DNA from: Candidatus Bathyarchaeota archaeon
GTDB lineage: Archaea; Thermoproteota; Bathyarchaeia; 40CM-2-53-6; RBG-13-38-9
Reading direction: 5' to 3'
Assembly: GCA_026015225.1 (NCBI GenBank)
Contig: JAOZGV010000127.1
Span: 1 to 36,781 of the forward strand
DNA length: 36,781 nt
Shown here: positions 10,761 to 19,466 of the stretch, piece by piece
Position numbering within the stretch: the stretch's first letter is position 1
How the letters are laid out: every line of letters starts with the position of its first letter
The notes under the pieces: generated by a model
What the model was told of the DNA's origin: nothing
What the model saw: the letters and a program-made list of their open reading frames with translations, nothing else
Databases searched by the model: none
Position numbers and translations under genes: made by a program

Positions 10761-11492
10761 TTATTTGACCTCAGATAAAGATTTGAGAATAATACCTTTT
10801 GTGATATAAGCAGCTAAATGGATTAATGATTTTCCTAATTCTGGATCTTTCATTCTAGAAGCCAGACAAGGGTATGTTTGAACAAAAAGGCTTGCTTTTG
10901 TTGGAGCCTCCAATATGCCAACGCCCAATAACTTTTCAGCAACAAAATGGGTCGCTCCACAAGGTGACCCTCTTATTACATCTATTTTCTCTATAATTCC
11001 GTTTTTTAATTTCATTCTTAACTCTGGTTTTCCTACTTTTTTTGCAAAATCATCTATCAATCTATTTTTTGAACCTATTTCCATAGAACAGAACGGTTTT
11101 GGAAATGCAAAAGCAACATCCATTTTTTCGAGTTCTTCAGAGATTTGCTTTTTAATTCCTGGTGGGACCCAATCAGAATTATCAATAGGAACTAGGGCTG
11201 CTTTCGCACCAGAAATCTTCACCAGATCTGGTATCAATGTCACTATAACCGGATTTTCACCTAATGAGAGAACCAAGTCGAATTTTGAAATGTCTTTAGG
11301 TAAAAGTTTCTTTGGTTCGTCAACAAAAATTGGTAGCCCTTGTTGAAATTCATACACATGAATTGCCCAATCTTCTGGAATTCTCTTCCTTATATTTGCT
11401 ATCATTCTATGGCCATACCAACCTTGAACTAGCGCGCAGATAGATATTTTCGATTTCTTTTCAAGTGTTGGTTTAGAAAAATTTGATTTCAT
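10761..11492 (-). CDS. DUF166/COG1810-like protein, paralog B
   Basis: 243-aa ORF with LVLSLG..LIPD, ALVPIDN, FPKPFCSM, FAKKVGKP, VIRGSPCGATHFVAEKL and YPCLASRM. These match my recollection of DUF166 consensus blocks. Confidence 0.65.
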   Translation of the reverse strand: MKSNFSKPTLEKKSKISICALVQGWYGHRMIANIRKRIPEDWAIHVYEFQQGLPIFVDEPKKLLPKDISKFDLVLSLGENPVIVTLIPDLVKISGAKAALVPIDNSDWVPPGIKKQISEELEKMDVAFAFPKPFCSMEIGSKNRLIDDFAKKVGKPELRMKLKNGIIEKIDVIRGSPCGATHFVAEKLLGVGILEAPTKASLFVQTYPCLASRMKDPELGKSLIHLAAYITKGIILKSLSEVK

Positions 11493-11568
11493 AACTATCT
11501 TTTACCCTTAATCTAAATCCTGATTTTTGATAAGGAATATTTCCATATTTCAATATCCTTTTGTAGGG

Positions 11569-12345
11569 CTATCGATGCATCATTTTTAGATTTTCTTTAA
11601 GCCCTTCTATTGCTTTTACAGCAGGTGAGTTTGGTGAAAGATCTAAAGGTGCTATAGCCTGACTGTCGGCCTTGATTATGTTTTGGTCGAAGGGTATAGT
11701 ATGTATAAGTTCCAAACCAACCTCATTAAGTGATTTTTTTAGAAAATCTATATCCTCTTTTTGCATAATTTTATTTCCTACAGCCATCACTTTTTGTATG
11801 CCTATATCATTCGACAAATTCTTTATTTTCTTTGCAGTTTCTATCGACTGCGTCCCCGGTTCTACAACGCATAATAAAATATCAAATCCCTTTATCGTTG
11901 CTCGTCCTAAATGTTCTAAGCCCGCTTCCATATCCATAATGACCATATCTTTTCTTTCAAGTGTTATATGACGTATTAGAGCCCTGATCAACGAGTTGGC
12001 TGGACACATGCATCCAGAACCACCAGTTCGAATAGTTCCCATAATCAGAAGCATAACACCTTCAGGACCAACTATTCCAAAATTTTCGGTAATGTCGTTT
12101 ACAGTAGGAGCAATGTTATAGATTGGCCCTTTTCCAACTCTCCGCTCAATTAATTCTTTATTCTCAGCGATAGGTTTAACTTTAGATGATATATCTGAGG
12201 CAATCCCTAAAGCGTAAGAAAGATTCATCGCTGGATCAGCATCAATAGCAAGAACCTTGAAGCCGTCATTAGCAAATAAACGCGATAATGTCCCAGAAAT
12301 AAAGGTTTTTCCTACGCCGCCTTTCCCAGCAATAGCTATCTTCAT
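11569..12345 (-). CDS. cooC: CooC/AcsF-type Ni-insertion ATPase (MinD/ParA-like)
   Basis: 258-aa ORF with Walker A GKGGVGKT and a CxC Ni motif (GSGCMCPAN). It lies directly downstream of cdhE. Confidence 0.88.
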   Translation of the reverse strand: MKIAIAGKGGVGKTFISGTLSRLFANDGFKVLAIDADPAMNLSYALGIASDISSKVKPIAENKELIERRVGKGPIYNIAPTVNDITENFGIVGPEGVMLLIMGTIRTGGSGCMCPANSLIRALIRHITLERKDMVIMDMEAGLEHLGRATIKGFDILLCVVEPGTQSIETAKKIKNLSNDIGIQKVMAVGNKIMQKEDIDFLKKSLNEVGLELIHTIPFDQNIIKADSQAIAPLDLSPNSPAVKAIEGLKENLKMMHR

Positions 12346-12377
12346 AATTTAGCCTCAGAGATAAAAAAATTCGAGAA

Positions 12378-13820
12378 CTATTTGGAGGCTATTTCTCCCA
12401 CTTTCCATTTCTCATTTAGGAATTTTATTATACCAGAGGAGTCCAATGGCCCTACCAAAACGTCCCATCCTGTCACTTCCTCAATCTCACCACTTAGTCT
12501 AGCAGCTCTTCCTGGAATTATTAATTTTTTATGCTTTACTTTTTTTTCAATTTCAAACTCCTTAATTGCTTCGCCTACTTTATCAGCAGTTAACTTTCGT
12601 CCTGCTACAGCACTTTCTACTGATAGACCTTCGGTATCGATCACAATCAAATAACAATCAATTTTTTCGATATCAGAAGCAACAGTGTAATACGTGAGAG
12701 CAAAGTTCGTCGTAAACAATACTGGGGAATTTTCATTTGGTTTCCCAATAACTTTCAACTCTGCATCTACTGCGACTGGTTTTCTTGGATCCGTATAAAG
12801 ATTTTCTCGTAAGATCACTAATGGTAATAGAACCCATCCATCGAGACTATGTAAAACAATAATATCAGAATATCGAGTTATTAACATTGAGGCCAAATAT
12901 GCCTCTTTCCACTTTACATCCTCTATAGATTTTGTATTTTCAAACCATACAACCATCGGATTTCCCATCAATGGAAAACCTAGAAGCTCATCATATTTTT
13001 TGCAGGACGCGCGTCTAAGCATCGTTAGATTATTTATATTCTTACCCAATCCTTCATTCGGGAAAGTTCCTGAATCAAGGACAATATCTTCAATACCATA
13101 TTCCAAAATTGTATTTGAAAGTGAGCGCAGAAGATCGAGATCATTTGGGGCAGATACAACAAGAGGGGAGTTGTAAGTTGATGCTAATTCGGTCATTTCT
13201 AACCAGTTATCCTTGGTTGCAGCATAAATTAAAGGCCTTTTACCTTCACTTGCTTTAAGTCCTGCCTTTACAACTTCGGGATTATGTGAACATAAAATCA
13301 ATGGAAGATTGGTATTTTTAATGACCTCTTTTACCGCGATTGAAAATTTTTCTGGAACACTAGAAGTTGATCTTACTGCGATTAAATCAAGTCGAAGATT
13401 TTGGCCTATATAATGATATTCAAAATTTTGGATTAGTTTAGATCTATTTCCTATCTCTTCTTTTGTCATCTCATCGGAAATGTCAATTGCAATAGCAGTT
13501 GGATTATAGTAAGTGAACTCATGACGGTACATAACAAACTCCCCACCGATAGTAACTGCATTTTCTCCTGTCCCAATGGTAACGCTTCTGACCGGGGGTT
13601 TGACCATATCCCAAATTTTTTGATAATTTTTTTTGTACTTGCCCTCTTCAAGCAGTGGTGTACAGCTTTCAAGAAGAATTTCTTGATTTACTAATTTTGT
13701 GGCAAAGGCCATACAGTTTTCTTCACCACACACCTTGCAATTTGTCCTTGGTAAAAGCTTGTAAACGTCTAAAGGACTTATTTCTTTTATACTGCTTTTT
13801 TTAGTTTCTCTCTCTGACAT
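12378..13820 (-). CDS. cdhE: Acetyl-CoA decarbonylase/synthase gamma subunit (large corrinoid Fe-S subunit)
   Basis: 480-aa ORF with an N-terminal 4Fe-4S motif (CKVCGEENCMAFA). Its position after cdhD and its length are typical. Confidence 0.9.
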   Translation of the reverse strand: MSERETKKSSIKEISPLDVYKLLPRTNCKVCGEENCMAFATKLVNQEILLESCTPLLEEGKYKKNYQKIWDMVKPPVRSVTIGTGENAVTIGGEFVMYRHEFTYYNPTAIAIDISDEMTKEEIGNRSKLIQNFEYHYIGQNLRLDLIAVRSTSSVPEKFSIAVKEVIKNTNLPLILCSHNPEVVKAGLKASEGKRPLIYAATKDNWLEMTELASTYNSPLVVSAPNDLDLLRSLSNTILEYGIEDIVLDSGTFPNEGLGKNINNLTMLRRASCKKYDELLGFPLMGNPMVVWFENTKSIEDVKWKEAYLASMLITRYSDIIVLHSLDGWVLLPLVILRENLYTDPRKPVAVDAELKVIGKPNENSPVLFTTNFALTYYTVASDIEKIDCYLIVIDTEGLSVESAVAGRKLTADKVGEAIKEFEIEKKVKHKKLIIPGRAARLSGEIEEVTGWDVLVGPLDSSGIIKFLNEKWKVGEIASK

Positions 13821-13830
13821 TGTGAAACCC

Positions 13831-15036
13831 TCAAATTTTCATTTTAATCCATTCTGCATACTTTTCCGGTTTTGATATTTTTGATTTCATCAAATTACCA
13901 ATGACATCCTTTACAGTTCTTACTGCGCTCGGATGCATCATCATAAAATAGTCAACTCCTGCTAAAAGTAGAGTGAGTGCCGTAACTGTTTCCCAGATGG
14001 GACCTCGTTGCTCTCTAGTACCCCACTCTGGCTCCATTTTCATCCAAGCCTCTCTTGCCGCCCATGCATTCGTAGTTCCAGAGGACATTGGATTTTGCAA
14101 CTGATCATCACCCATTAATCCCGATATTCTAGTTCGCTCCATTACGGTAAAAGCGTAATCCAGTCCATATCCCAAGGCAGCCGTTGTTGTATCTATCACT
14201 ATCCTTTCTCTTGGCATAAATTCGAAAAGCTTGCGGTTGAGTTCCTTTGCATCATCTAGATTCATTGAAGTGAAAGCAATAACAATATGTCCATATTTGT
14301 TCATTAAATTTGCCATCTTTTCGATATCCATATCGAGTGTTACTGAATTGAACAGAAGTCTCTCTCCTTCTGAGACTTCAGCAACTTTCTCAAAAACTTT
14401 CATGTCCTTGGACGGATCACCACAACCACCAATAGCTATTGGAACATCTACAGCTTGAAGTACATTCTCTACTGTCTTAGCCGCTTCTTTTGGAGATGTA
14501 TCTTTTATAAGAGGATCAATACTGATGAGGTGTAAATTAACCATTTCAGCTCCAAATTTATCGACTGATAATTTTGCCCAAGCAGGTGGATCCTCCAAAA
14601 CCTCCTCAACTTGTGCTCTTACAGGCTTTGCTAGCGGTATCTTTGTGTCAAAAACATCAAAAGAGATGACGGGGGGATTTGGCATATTTGATTCAAAACT
14701 ATAGTAAGGTAGAGTTCTCTCTCCTCCAATAGTGAAAGTCTTAGATCGGCTACCTCCTTCACCCTTTGTAGCACCCAATATAACTTCTAAAACTTGCCCT
14801 GGATATTCCATTATTGGAGGTTCAAATTTCGTTTCAACAATCTGGGATGGTTTTGACTTCTTCTCAGTAGATTGGATAGCAACTGCTCCTGTACCAGGTT
14901 GTATCCAGAGTTCAAGTTCACCGATTTCTAACTCTACATCCTCTAATTCCAATTCTTGGAATTTCCCTAAAGTATCAATAAAATTGTTTTCTGAACCTAT
15001 CTTAAGCTGACCTTCTTCTCTTTTCTTTTCAGCCAA
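13831..15036 (-). CDS. cdhD: Acetyl-CoA decarbonylase/synthase delta subunit (small corrinoid subunit)
   Basis: 401-aa ORF lying between cdhC and cdhE. It has a CdhD-like TIM-barrel sequence character. Confidence 0.88.
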   Translation of the reverse strand: MAEKKREEGQLKIGSENNFIDTLGKFQELELEDVELEIGELELWIQPGTGAVAIQSTEKKSKPSQIVETKFEPPIMEYPGQVLEVILGATKGEGGSRSKTFTIGGERTLPYYSFESNMPNPPVISFDVFDTKIPLAKPVRAQVEEVLEDPPAWAKLSVDKFGAEMVNLHLISIDPLIKDTSPKEAAKTVENVLQAVDVPIAIGGCGDPSKDMKVFEKVAEVSEGERLLFNSVTLDMDIEKMANLMNKYGHIVIAFTSMNLDDAKELNRKLFEFMPRERIVIDTTTAALGYGLDYAFTVMERTRISGLMGDDQLQNPMSSGTTNAWAAREAWMKMEPEWGTREQRGPIWETVTALTLLLAGVDYFMMMHPSAVRTVKDVIGNLMKSKISKPEKYAEWIKMKI

Positions 15037-15047
15037 TTTAATATCAA

Positions 15048-16427
15048 CTACTTCTTCTTTGGAGTACGAATAATAATCTTTTTTGCATGAATCTTCGCAT
15101 CTTTTAAAATAATCTTAAATCCACCACCGGCCACAGGCATACCCATGGCAGGAGAAGTTGTTTCTATTGAAATTTCTTCTTCGGGAACTTTTTCCTCAAA
15201 AGCCAACTCCTTCCAGCCTTCAACGACAGGATGATCCTTAGATTTTAGAAAATCTTTTAATTCATCTATTGAACTAACATCATCTTCAATTGCGATTTTA
15301 TCGATAATGTCTTTTGGAATATAATCAGCCAAACGTTCTTTCATAACTTTAGGCATCCATACTATCTTATTCCATCCACCATCTACTTGAAGAAGTTTTG
15401 GGGATCTCATATATTCAATTGAAAGGCCGTGGAATCCATCAATTTGTCTTCCTCCTGCCGTAGAGTCAGCCATAGTAGAAAATGGCAATGCATTCACTGT
15501 TTTTCCTTGGAAATCCCTATGAACTATTCCTAAGCCGTCAACCTCAGGAATATAAAAGGCTATTGCCTCGAAGCAACCGCATGAGGTGTGTGGATATCCA
15601 AAAGCTGAGTAGAGCCACACGCGATTGATTTCTCCTAATGATTTCTTTTTTGCATTATCATTTATACCGGAATATTCACCTTTAACAGGATCTATGCATT
15701 CACCTTTCTCTATCGTATATATTGGACCCTTTGGATCTATACGAGCGGCTGCTCTGCCATCGAACCAACTTATAGCACCACAATTTGCGTATCTTTGCGG
15801 GGTTATAGTGCATACGTGTGTTGGAGCAAAAGACTGACATAGATCACAACCATAGAATTCATTTACATCGTCGTCTATCAATTTCCTAGCTCTTGCATCT
15901 CTCGCCTCGTATATCTTCATAGCTTCTTTTGACATTTCTTCCACTTTCTTAGGATCTGTGATAAAGGTAACCTGCATTGATTCTATAAATGGCAACTCGC
16001 TTTTAAAAAGACGAAATAGTACTTCTCCAATTATCTTGAATGAATTCAAGCCTTTCTTATAGGATCTTTTTCCCAATCGCATCCATATATCATATCTTTG
16101 ATTGAGGTGCATAAATCCCTCAATATAATTGCCGTATTCATGGATTCGACGTTCTATTACGCCTTCAAGTTCTTCCTCTAGTTGTTTTCCCGCAGCTTCT
16201 ATTAAGATACCTATAGGAATGCTACTTCCTTCTTCGAATTCTGATATGTCTTTCCCAATGATCTTGATCTGCCCGTCTTTTACCTCATTAGGTTTTTTCA
16301 CTCTTACCAATTCAAACTTGTTCTCTACTTTTGGTCCCCCAAGTTCTATAAACAAATCTGATTTCCTAATTCTTTCTCCTTCATATACAATTCCTATGTC
16401 AACAGGTATATCTTCAAACATTGACAA
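15048..16427 (-). CDS. cdhC: Acetyl-CoA decarbonylase/synthase beta subunit (A-cluster, acetyl-CoA synthase)
   Basis: 459-aa ORF with the Cys-Gly-Cys A-cluster motif (HTSCGCFEA) and an upstream CDLCQSFAPTHVC. Confidence 0.92.
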   Translation of the reverse strand: MSMFEDIPVDIGIVYEGERIRKSDLFIELGGPKVENKFELVRVKKPNEVKDGQIKIIGKDISEFEEGSSIPIGILIEAAGKQLEEELEGVIERRIHEYGNYIEGFMHLNQRYDIWMRLGKRSYKKGLNSFKIIGEVLFRLFKSELPFIESMQVTFITDPKKVEEMSKEAMKIYEARDARARKLIDDDVNEFYGCDLCQSFAPTHVCTITPQRYANCGAISWFDGRAAARIDPKGPIYTIEKGECIDPVKGEYSGINDNAKKKSLGEINRVWLYSAFGYPHTSCGCFEAIAFYIPEVDGLGIVHRDFQGKTVNALPFSTMADSTAGGRQIDGFHGLSIEYMRSPKLLQVDGGWNKIVWMPKVMKERLADYIPKDIIDKIAIEDDVSSIDELKDFLKSKDHPVVEGWKELAFEEKVPEEEISIETTSPAMGMPVAGGGFKIILKDAKIHAKKIIIRTPKKK

Positions 16428-16428
16428 A

Positions 16429-16968
16429 TTATTGGCCTCCCAATTTCAATATTAGCGCCTCAAAGAATTCTCTCAACTCTTTTGATGAAATATTTGGAAT
16501 GGACCATGTTGCATTAGGCTGGTAAAAACCATCTAAACTTATAGTCTGGAGATTTCCTGAGAAATTCTTTAATCCTGAGAGGATTAGCCATTCCATATAA
16601 TATGGTAACCCAATAAAAAAAGCTAGATCGTAGGTCCCTTTTCCATCTAATCCCTTCCATTCCGGATCAGTTAATCTATTCGCCACATCCATGACAGGCA
16701 TGGATGCAACTGATTGAAATTCTCTATTAAGAAATTCCTTTACAGAGTGGGCTGTTGCAACAATAGGAATTTCTCCAGCTTTTGCAATATCAATTACAAA
16801 GTCTATTAACTTTTTCCCATCCAAATCTATCTCAACAATTTTATGACCAACAACTAGAATTGGATGCTTTGATCTCTTCAACATGGCCAGTACTACTTCT
16901 GGTTTTACTAAAGGCAGGGCTCTCTTGGTTCCTGCAACTTCTGCTTTCTGCCAGGGCGCATCACTCAT
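16429..16968 (-). CDS. cdhB: Acetyl-CoA decarbonylase/synthase epsilon subunit
   Basis: 179-aa ORF with a 4-nt overlap with the cdhA stop. Size and position are typical of the archaeal epsilon subunit. Confidence 0.88.
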   Translation of the reverse strand: MSDAPWQKAEVAGTKRALPLVKPEVVLAMLKRSKHPILVVGHKIVEIDLDGKKLIDFVIDIAKAGEIPIVATAHSVKEFLNREFQSVASMPVMDVANRLTDPEWKGLDGKGTYDLAFFIGLPYYMEWLILSGLKNFSGNLQTISLDGFYQPNATWSIPNISSKELREFFEALILKLGGQ

Positions 16969-19319
16969 TTTTTATTTGCCTTCTTCCTAACCATTCTTGG
17001 TAAGAGAGTGGGATCTGGTATTATTCTTTCTTTCCAGCCTTTCTCATCAAGTATTCTTACAATCTCATCCTTCATAGTTATTGGAATATCTGATAGGCGT
17101 CTAACAAATAGATGAATATCATCAGGCATAGTACCGTAGAAACGTTTGTGAAGATCGATATAATGGGAGAGCTTGATCGCTCTTCCTTTTGTATTATCAT
17201 TTGGACGCATGCATAATTTTGCAATCATAACCATAGCTTCCTCTTTAGTTTCTGCAGCATAGAATAGATGCTCGGGTGCAGGGCCTCCATATACTCGTTC
17301 GCCAGTTCGCGAATCATAAACATACCAATCTTCTTTACGATCTTTTCTACCAAGTAGCATACGTCTATATTTTGAACCATGTGGGCCTACTATAACCGGT
17401 ATTCCCAATCGCCAAAATCCACTCGCTATTGATGCGGCCTTCTGAGACATAGCTCCCCAAGCAATGCCTACTGCACCGACTCTATTGTGAACGTAATCTG
17501 CGATCTCCTCATAATTTCCTCGAAGATTTCGCTTAGCAAAAATACTAGCAATTTTTATTGCAGCACCCGCTATATGAGGGTTGGATACACAGGAACCTAC
17601 ATTCACTAGTCCTCCTGCATCAAAATTTCCAGGATACTTTTCATAAGGCGATTTTCCATCTTCGTCCTTTACCATTCCCGCAGACATGGCAGCACAGCCG
17701 GATGTAACCACTATAAATCGTCTTTTTGCGAATTCCTCTATCATCTCTGCGACTTCTTCTCCACCCTTAGGATAATTAGCACATCCTACAAATGCGACAA
17801 CACCTGGTATCTCTCCGAAGATTATGGGTTGCCCTACTCTTCTTATCTCCACATCCTGAATTGCGCCTCTTCCTGCACGAATTTTATATTGCTCTTGTTT
17901 CATCTTCTTCTCCCCAGCCTTGACAATGAAGCTATGAATTGGGAATTCGTTAGGACAGACGTATTCGCAACGGCCACATCCTATACATTCTTCATAAATT
18001 TTTTCTAATTTAGTTAAATCGCCTTTTCCTGCACTTACCATGGCTTTAGGAATTTCTTGATCATTAGGACATGCCCTTCTGCATTCATTACACAAATTAC
18101 ATTTCTTCGCAATTTCAATGAGGTCTTTTATCTCTGGAATAATCTTGAACTTCTTTCTTTTTGGAGCAACTTCCATTGCAGTTCTTACTGCTACTTCCCC
18201 GACCTTTTCAGGATCAAGAATAAGCACGCCATCAACTTGACCGCTAACTAAGTCATTAACAATTTCGTCAACTGGGTCTTTTGTCCTATCCTCTAAACCA
18301 AGGCAATTTTTTGAACTAGATGCAATTAATGGTGCCTTTATCTTTTTTGCCTCTTCTAACGAGTCTGCACGAATACATTGCTCATCAACAACTAAAATAT
18401 CTGGGAGCCCACTCCTAATAAATCGGAGCTGCCATGATATAGGTCCAACAATTTTTGCTTTAGAGCTATATCTTGTAATATCATGCGCAGTACAGCATAA
18501 ACCACAAACGTCAATTTTTCCATATAATCCTTTTTCATTAAGATAGTCCATAATTCCAATAGCTGGGGGGACATTATGACCTACAACCATAATAGTGGGC
18601 TTTGTAGGATCGACTGCACCAAAACCAAGATCCACAAGAGGAGCGTTTGGGTCAGCTTTAGGAAAACCAAAACATGAGACTTGCGCCATATCAGCAATTT
18701 CCATCCCCACCTGGTCAACCATACCTGCTTGTAAAACCTTAGATTCAAAGTCTAAATTATTTCCTTCTTGACCCGTATGAGTTGCTGAAAGCAAATGGTT
18801 TATCTGGGTTTCTAAATAGTCTAGAATAGTATCCAAGTCACCCAGTGTCTTTGGTCTGATACCTGTCACTAATCTAGTAACAGGAGCTTCAACTTCAACA
18901 TTGGTGCCTCCTACATCTAAAGGATAATTTCTTCCAAATTTTTCTATTAACTCATCAACGAGATGTCTTGCATGAGCTGTATGGGTAGCAGCGCCTATAC
19001 ATGCAGCAAGAAGTACTATCCTTGATTGTTGAGCTTCCATATTTAGCCCACAAGCGCCTCTTTTATTATTACTCAAATCGCATTTGCCATAAGTACAGAG
19101 ACAACAAAGGTCGCAAAAAGGCATATAGAATGGTTTGTATTTTTGAAGTATTTTCATATCCCAATTTCTTAAATCAGTAATTGATGGGTAAGGTGTGGGG
19201 CCAATAGTTTCTTCCCAAGAGTCATCTATCACTTTTCCAACTGATAGTCTGAGATCTTTCATTATACCAAGATTTGACTTTAACTCTTTGATCTTCAAAT
19301 CCACATTCTTTCTAGTCAT
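16965..19319 (-). CDS. cdhA: Acetyl-CoA decarbonylase/synthase alpha subunit (Ni-CODH)
   Basis: 784-aa ORF with a Cys-rich N-terminus (CDLCCLCTYGKCDL). It carries an inserted pair of ferredoxin motifs, CNLCNECRRACPN and CIGCGRCEYVCPN, typical of archaeal CdhA. A strong SD-like GGTGGGGGG (complement of 19325-19333) lies just upstream of the ATG. Confidence 0.93.
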   Translation of the reverse strand: MTRKNVDLKIKELKSNLGIMKDLRLSVGKVIDDSWEETIGPTPYPSITDLRNWDMKILQKYKPFYMPFCDLCCLCTYGKCDLSNNKRGACGLNMEAQQSRIVLLAACIGAATHTAHARHLVDELIEKFGRNYPLDVGGTNVEVEAPVTRLVTGIRPKTLGDLDTILDYLETQINHLLSATHTGQEGNNLDFESKVLQAGMVDQVGMEIADMAQVSCFGFPKADPNAPLVDLGFGAVDPTKPTIMVVGHNVPPAIGIMDYLNEKGLYGKIDVCGLCCTAHDITRYSSKAKIVGPISWQLRFIRSGLPDILVVDEQCIRADSLEEAKKIKAPLIASSSKNCLGLEDRTKDPVDEIVNDLVSGQVDGVLILDPEKVGEVAVRTAMEVAPKRKKFKIIPEIKDLIEIAKKCNLCNECRRACPNDQEIPKAMVSAGKGDLTKLEKIYEECIGCGRCEYVCPNEFPIHSFIVKAGEKKMKQEQYKIRAGRGAIQDVEIRRVGQPIIFGEIPGVVAFVGCANYPKGGEEVAEMIEEFAKRRFIVVTSGCAAMSAGMVKDEDGKSPYEKYPGNFDAGGLVNVGSCVSNPHIAGAAIKIASIFAKRNLRGNYEEIADYVHNRVGAVGIAWGAMSQKAASIASGFWRLGIPVIVGPHGSKYRRMLLGRKDRKEDWYVYDSRTGERVYGGPAPEHLFYAAETKEEAMVMIAKLCMRPNDNTKGRAIKLSHYIDLHKRFYGTMPDDIHLFVRRLSDIPITMKDEIVRILDEKGWKERIIPDPTLLPRMVRKKANKK

Positions 19320-19341
19320 TTTTGCCCCCCACCAATCTTAA

Positions 19342-19370
19342 GCGAAATGTTAACATTTTTTTAATTTCGC
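19342..19370 (-). promoter_or_regulatory. Nested dyad symmetry in the cdhA leader (possible operator or 5'-UTR hairpin)
   Basis: GCGAAAT (19342-19348) and ATTTCGC (19364-19370) form a perfect 7-bp inverted repeat. Overlapping it is a perfect 14-nt palindrome, AAATGTTAACATTT (19345-19358). The element lies 23-51 nt upstream of the cdhA ATG. Confidence 0.35.
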
Positions 19371-19466
19371 ATTCATTAAAAAACATTTTATACCGTGATA
19401 AAAATACTATAACACAGTTATAAATATTATTTGTGGGTTGTTATAGCTAATGTTGTTTTTTAAAAG

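Noticed and set aside
1902-18574. Many 60-143-aa ORFs in the track lie antisense to or overlap the large genes. Examples are 1902-2159+, 2339-2575+, 3805-4035+, 5349-5735+, 6212-6412+, 8582-8989-, 9200-9454+, 9725-10042+, 10915-11346+, 11672-11971+, 12382-12654+, 13466-13672-, 14231-14458+, 14732-15010+, 15625-15837+, 16129-16455+, 16782-17003+, 18057-18251+ and 18392-18574-.
   Set aside because: Each is fully embedded in a longer ORF with a clear family assignment. Their translations are low-complexity (S/F/I/L/P-rich), as expected from reading AT-rich coding DNA in the wrong frame.
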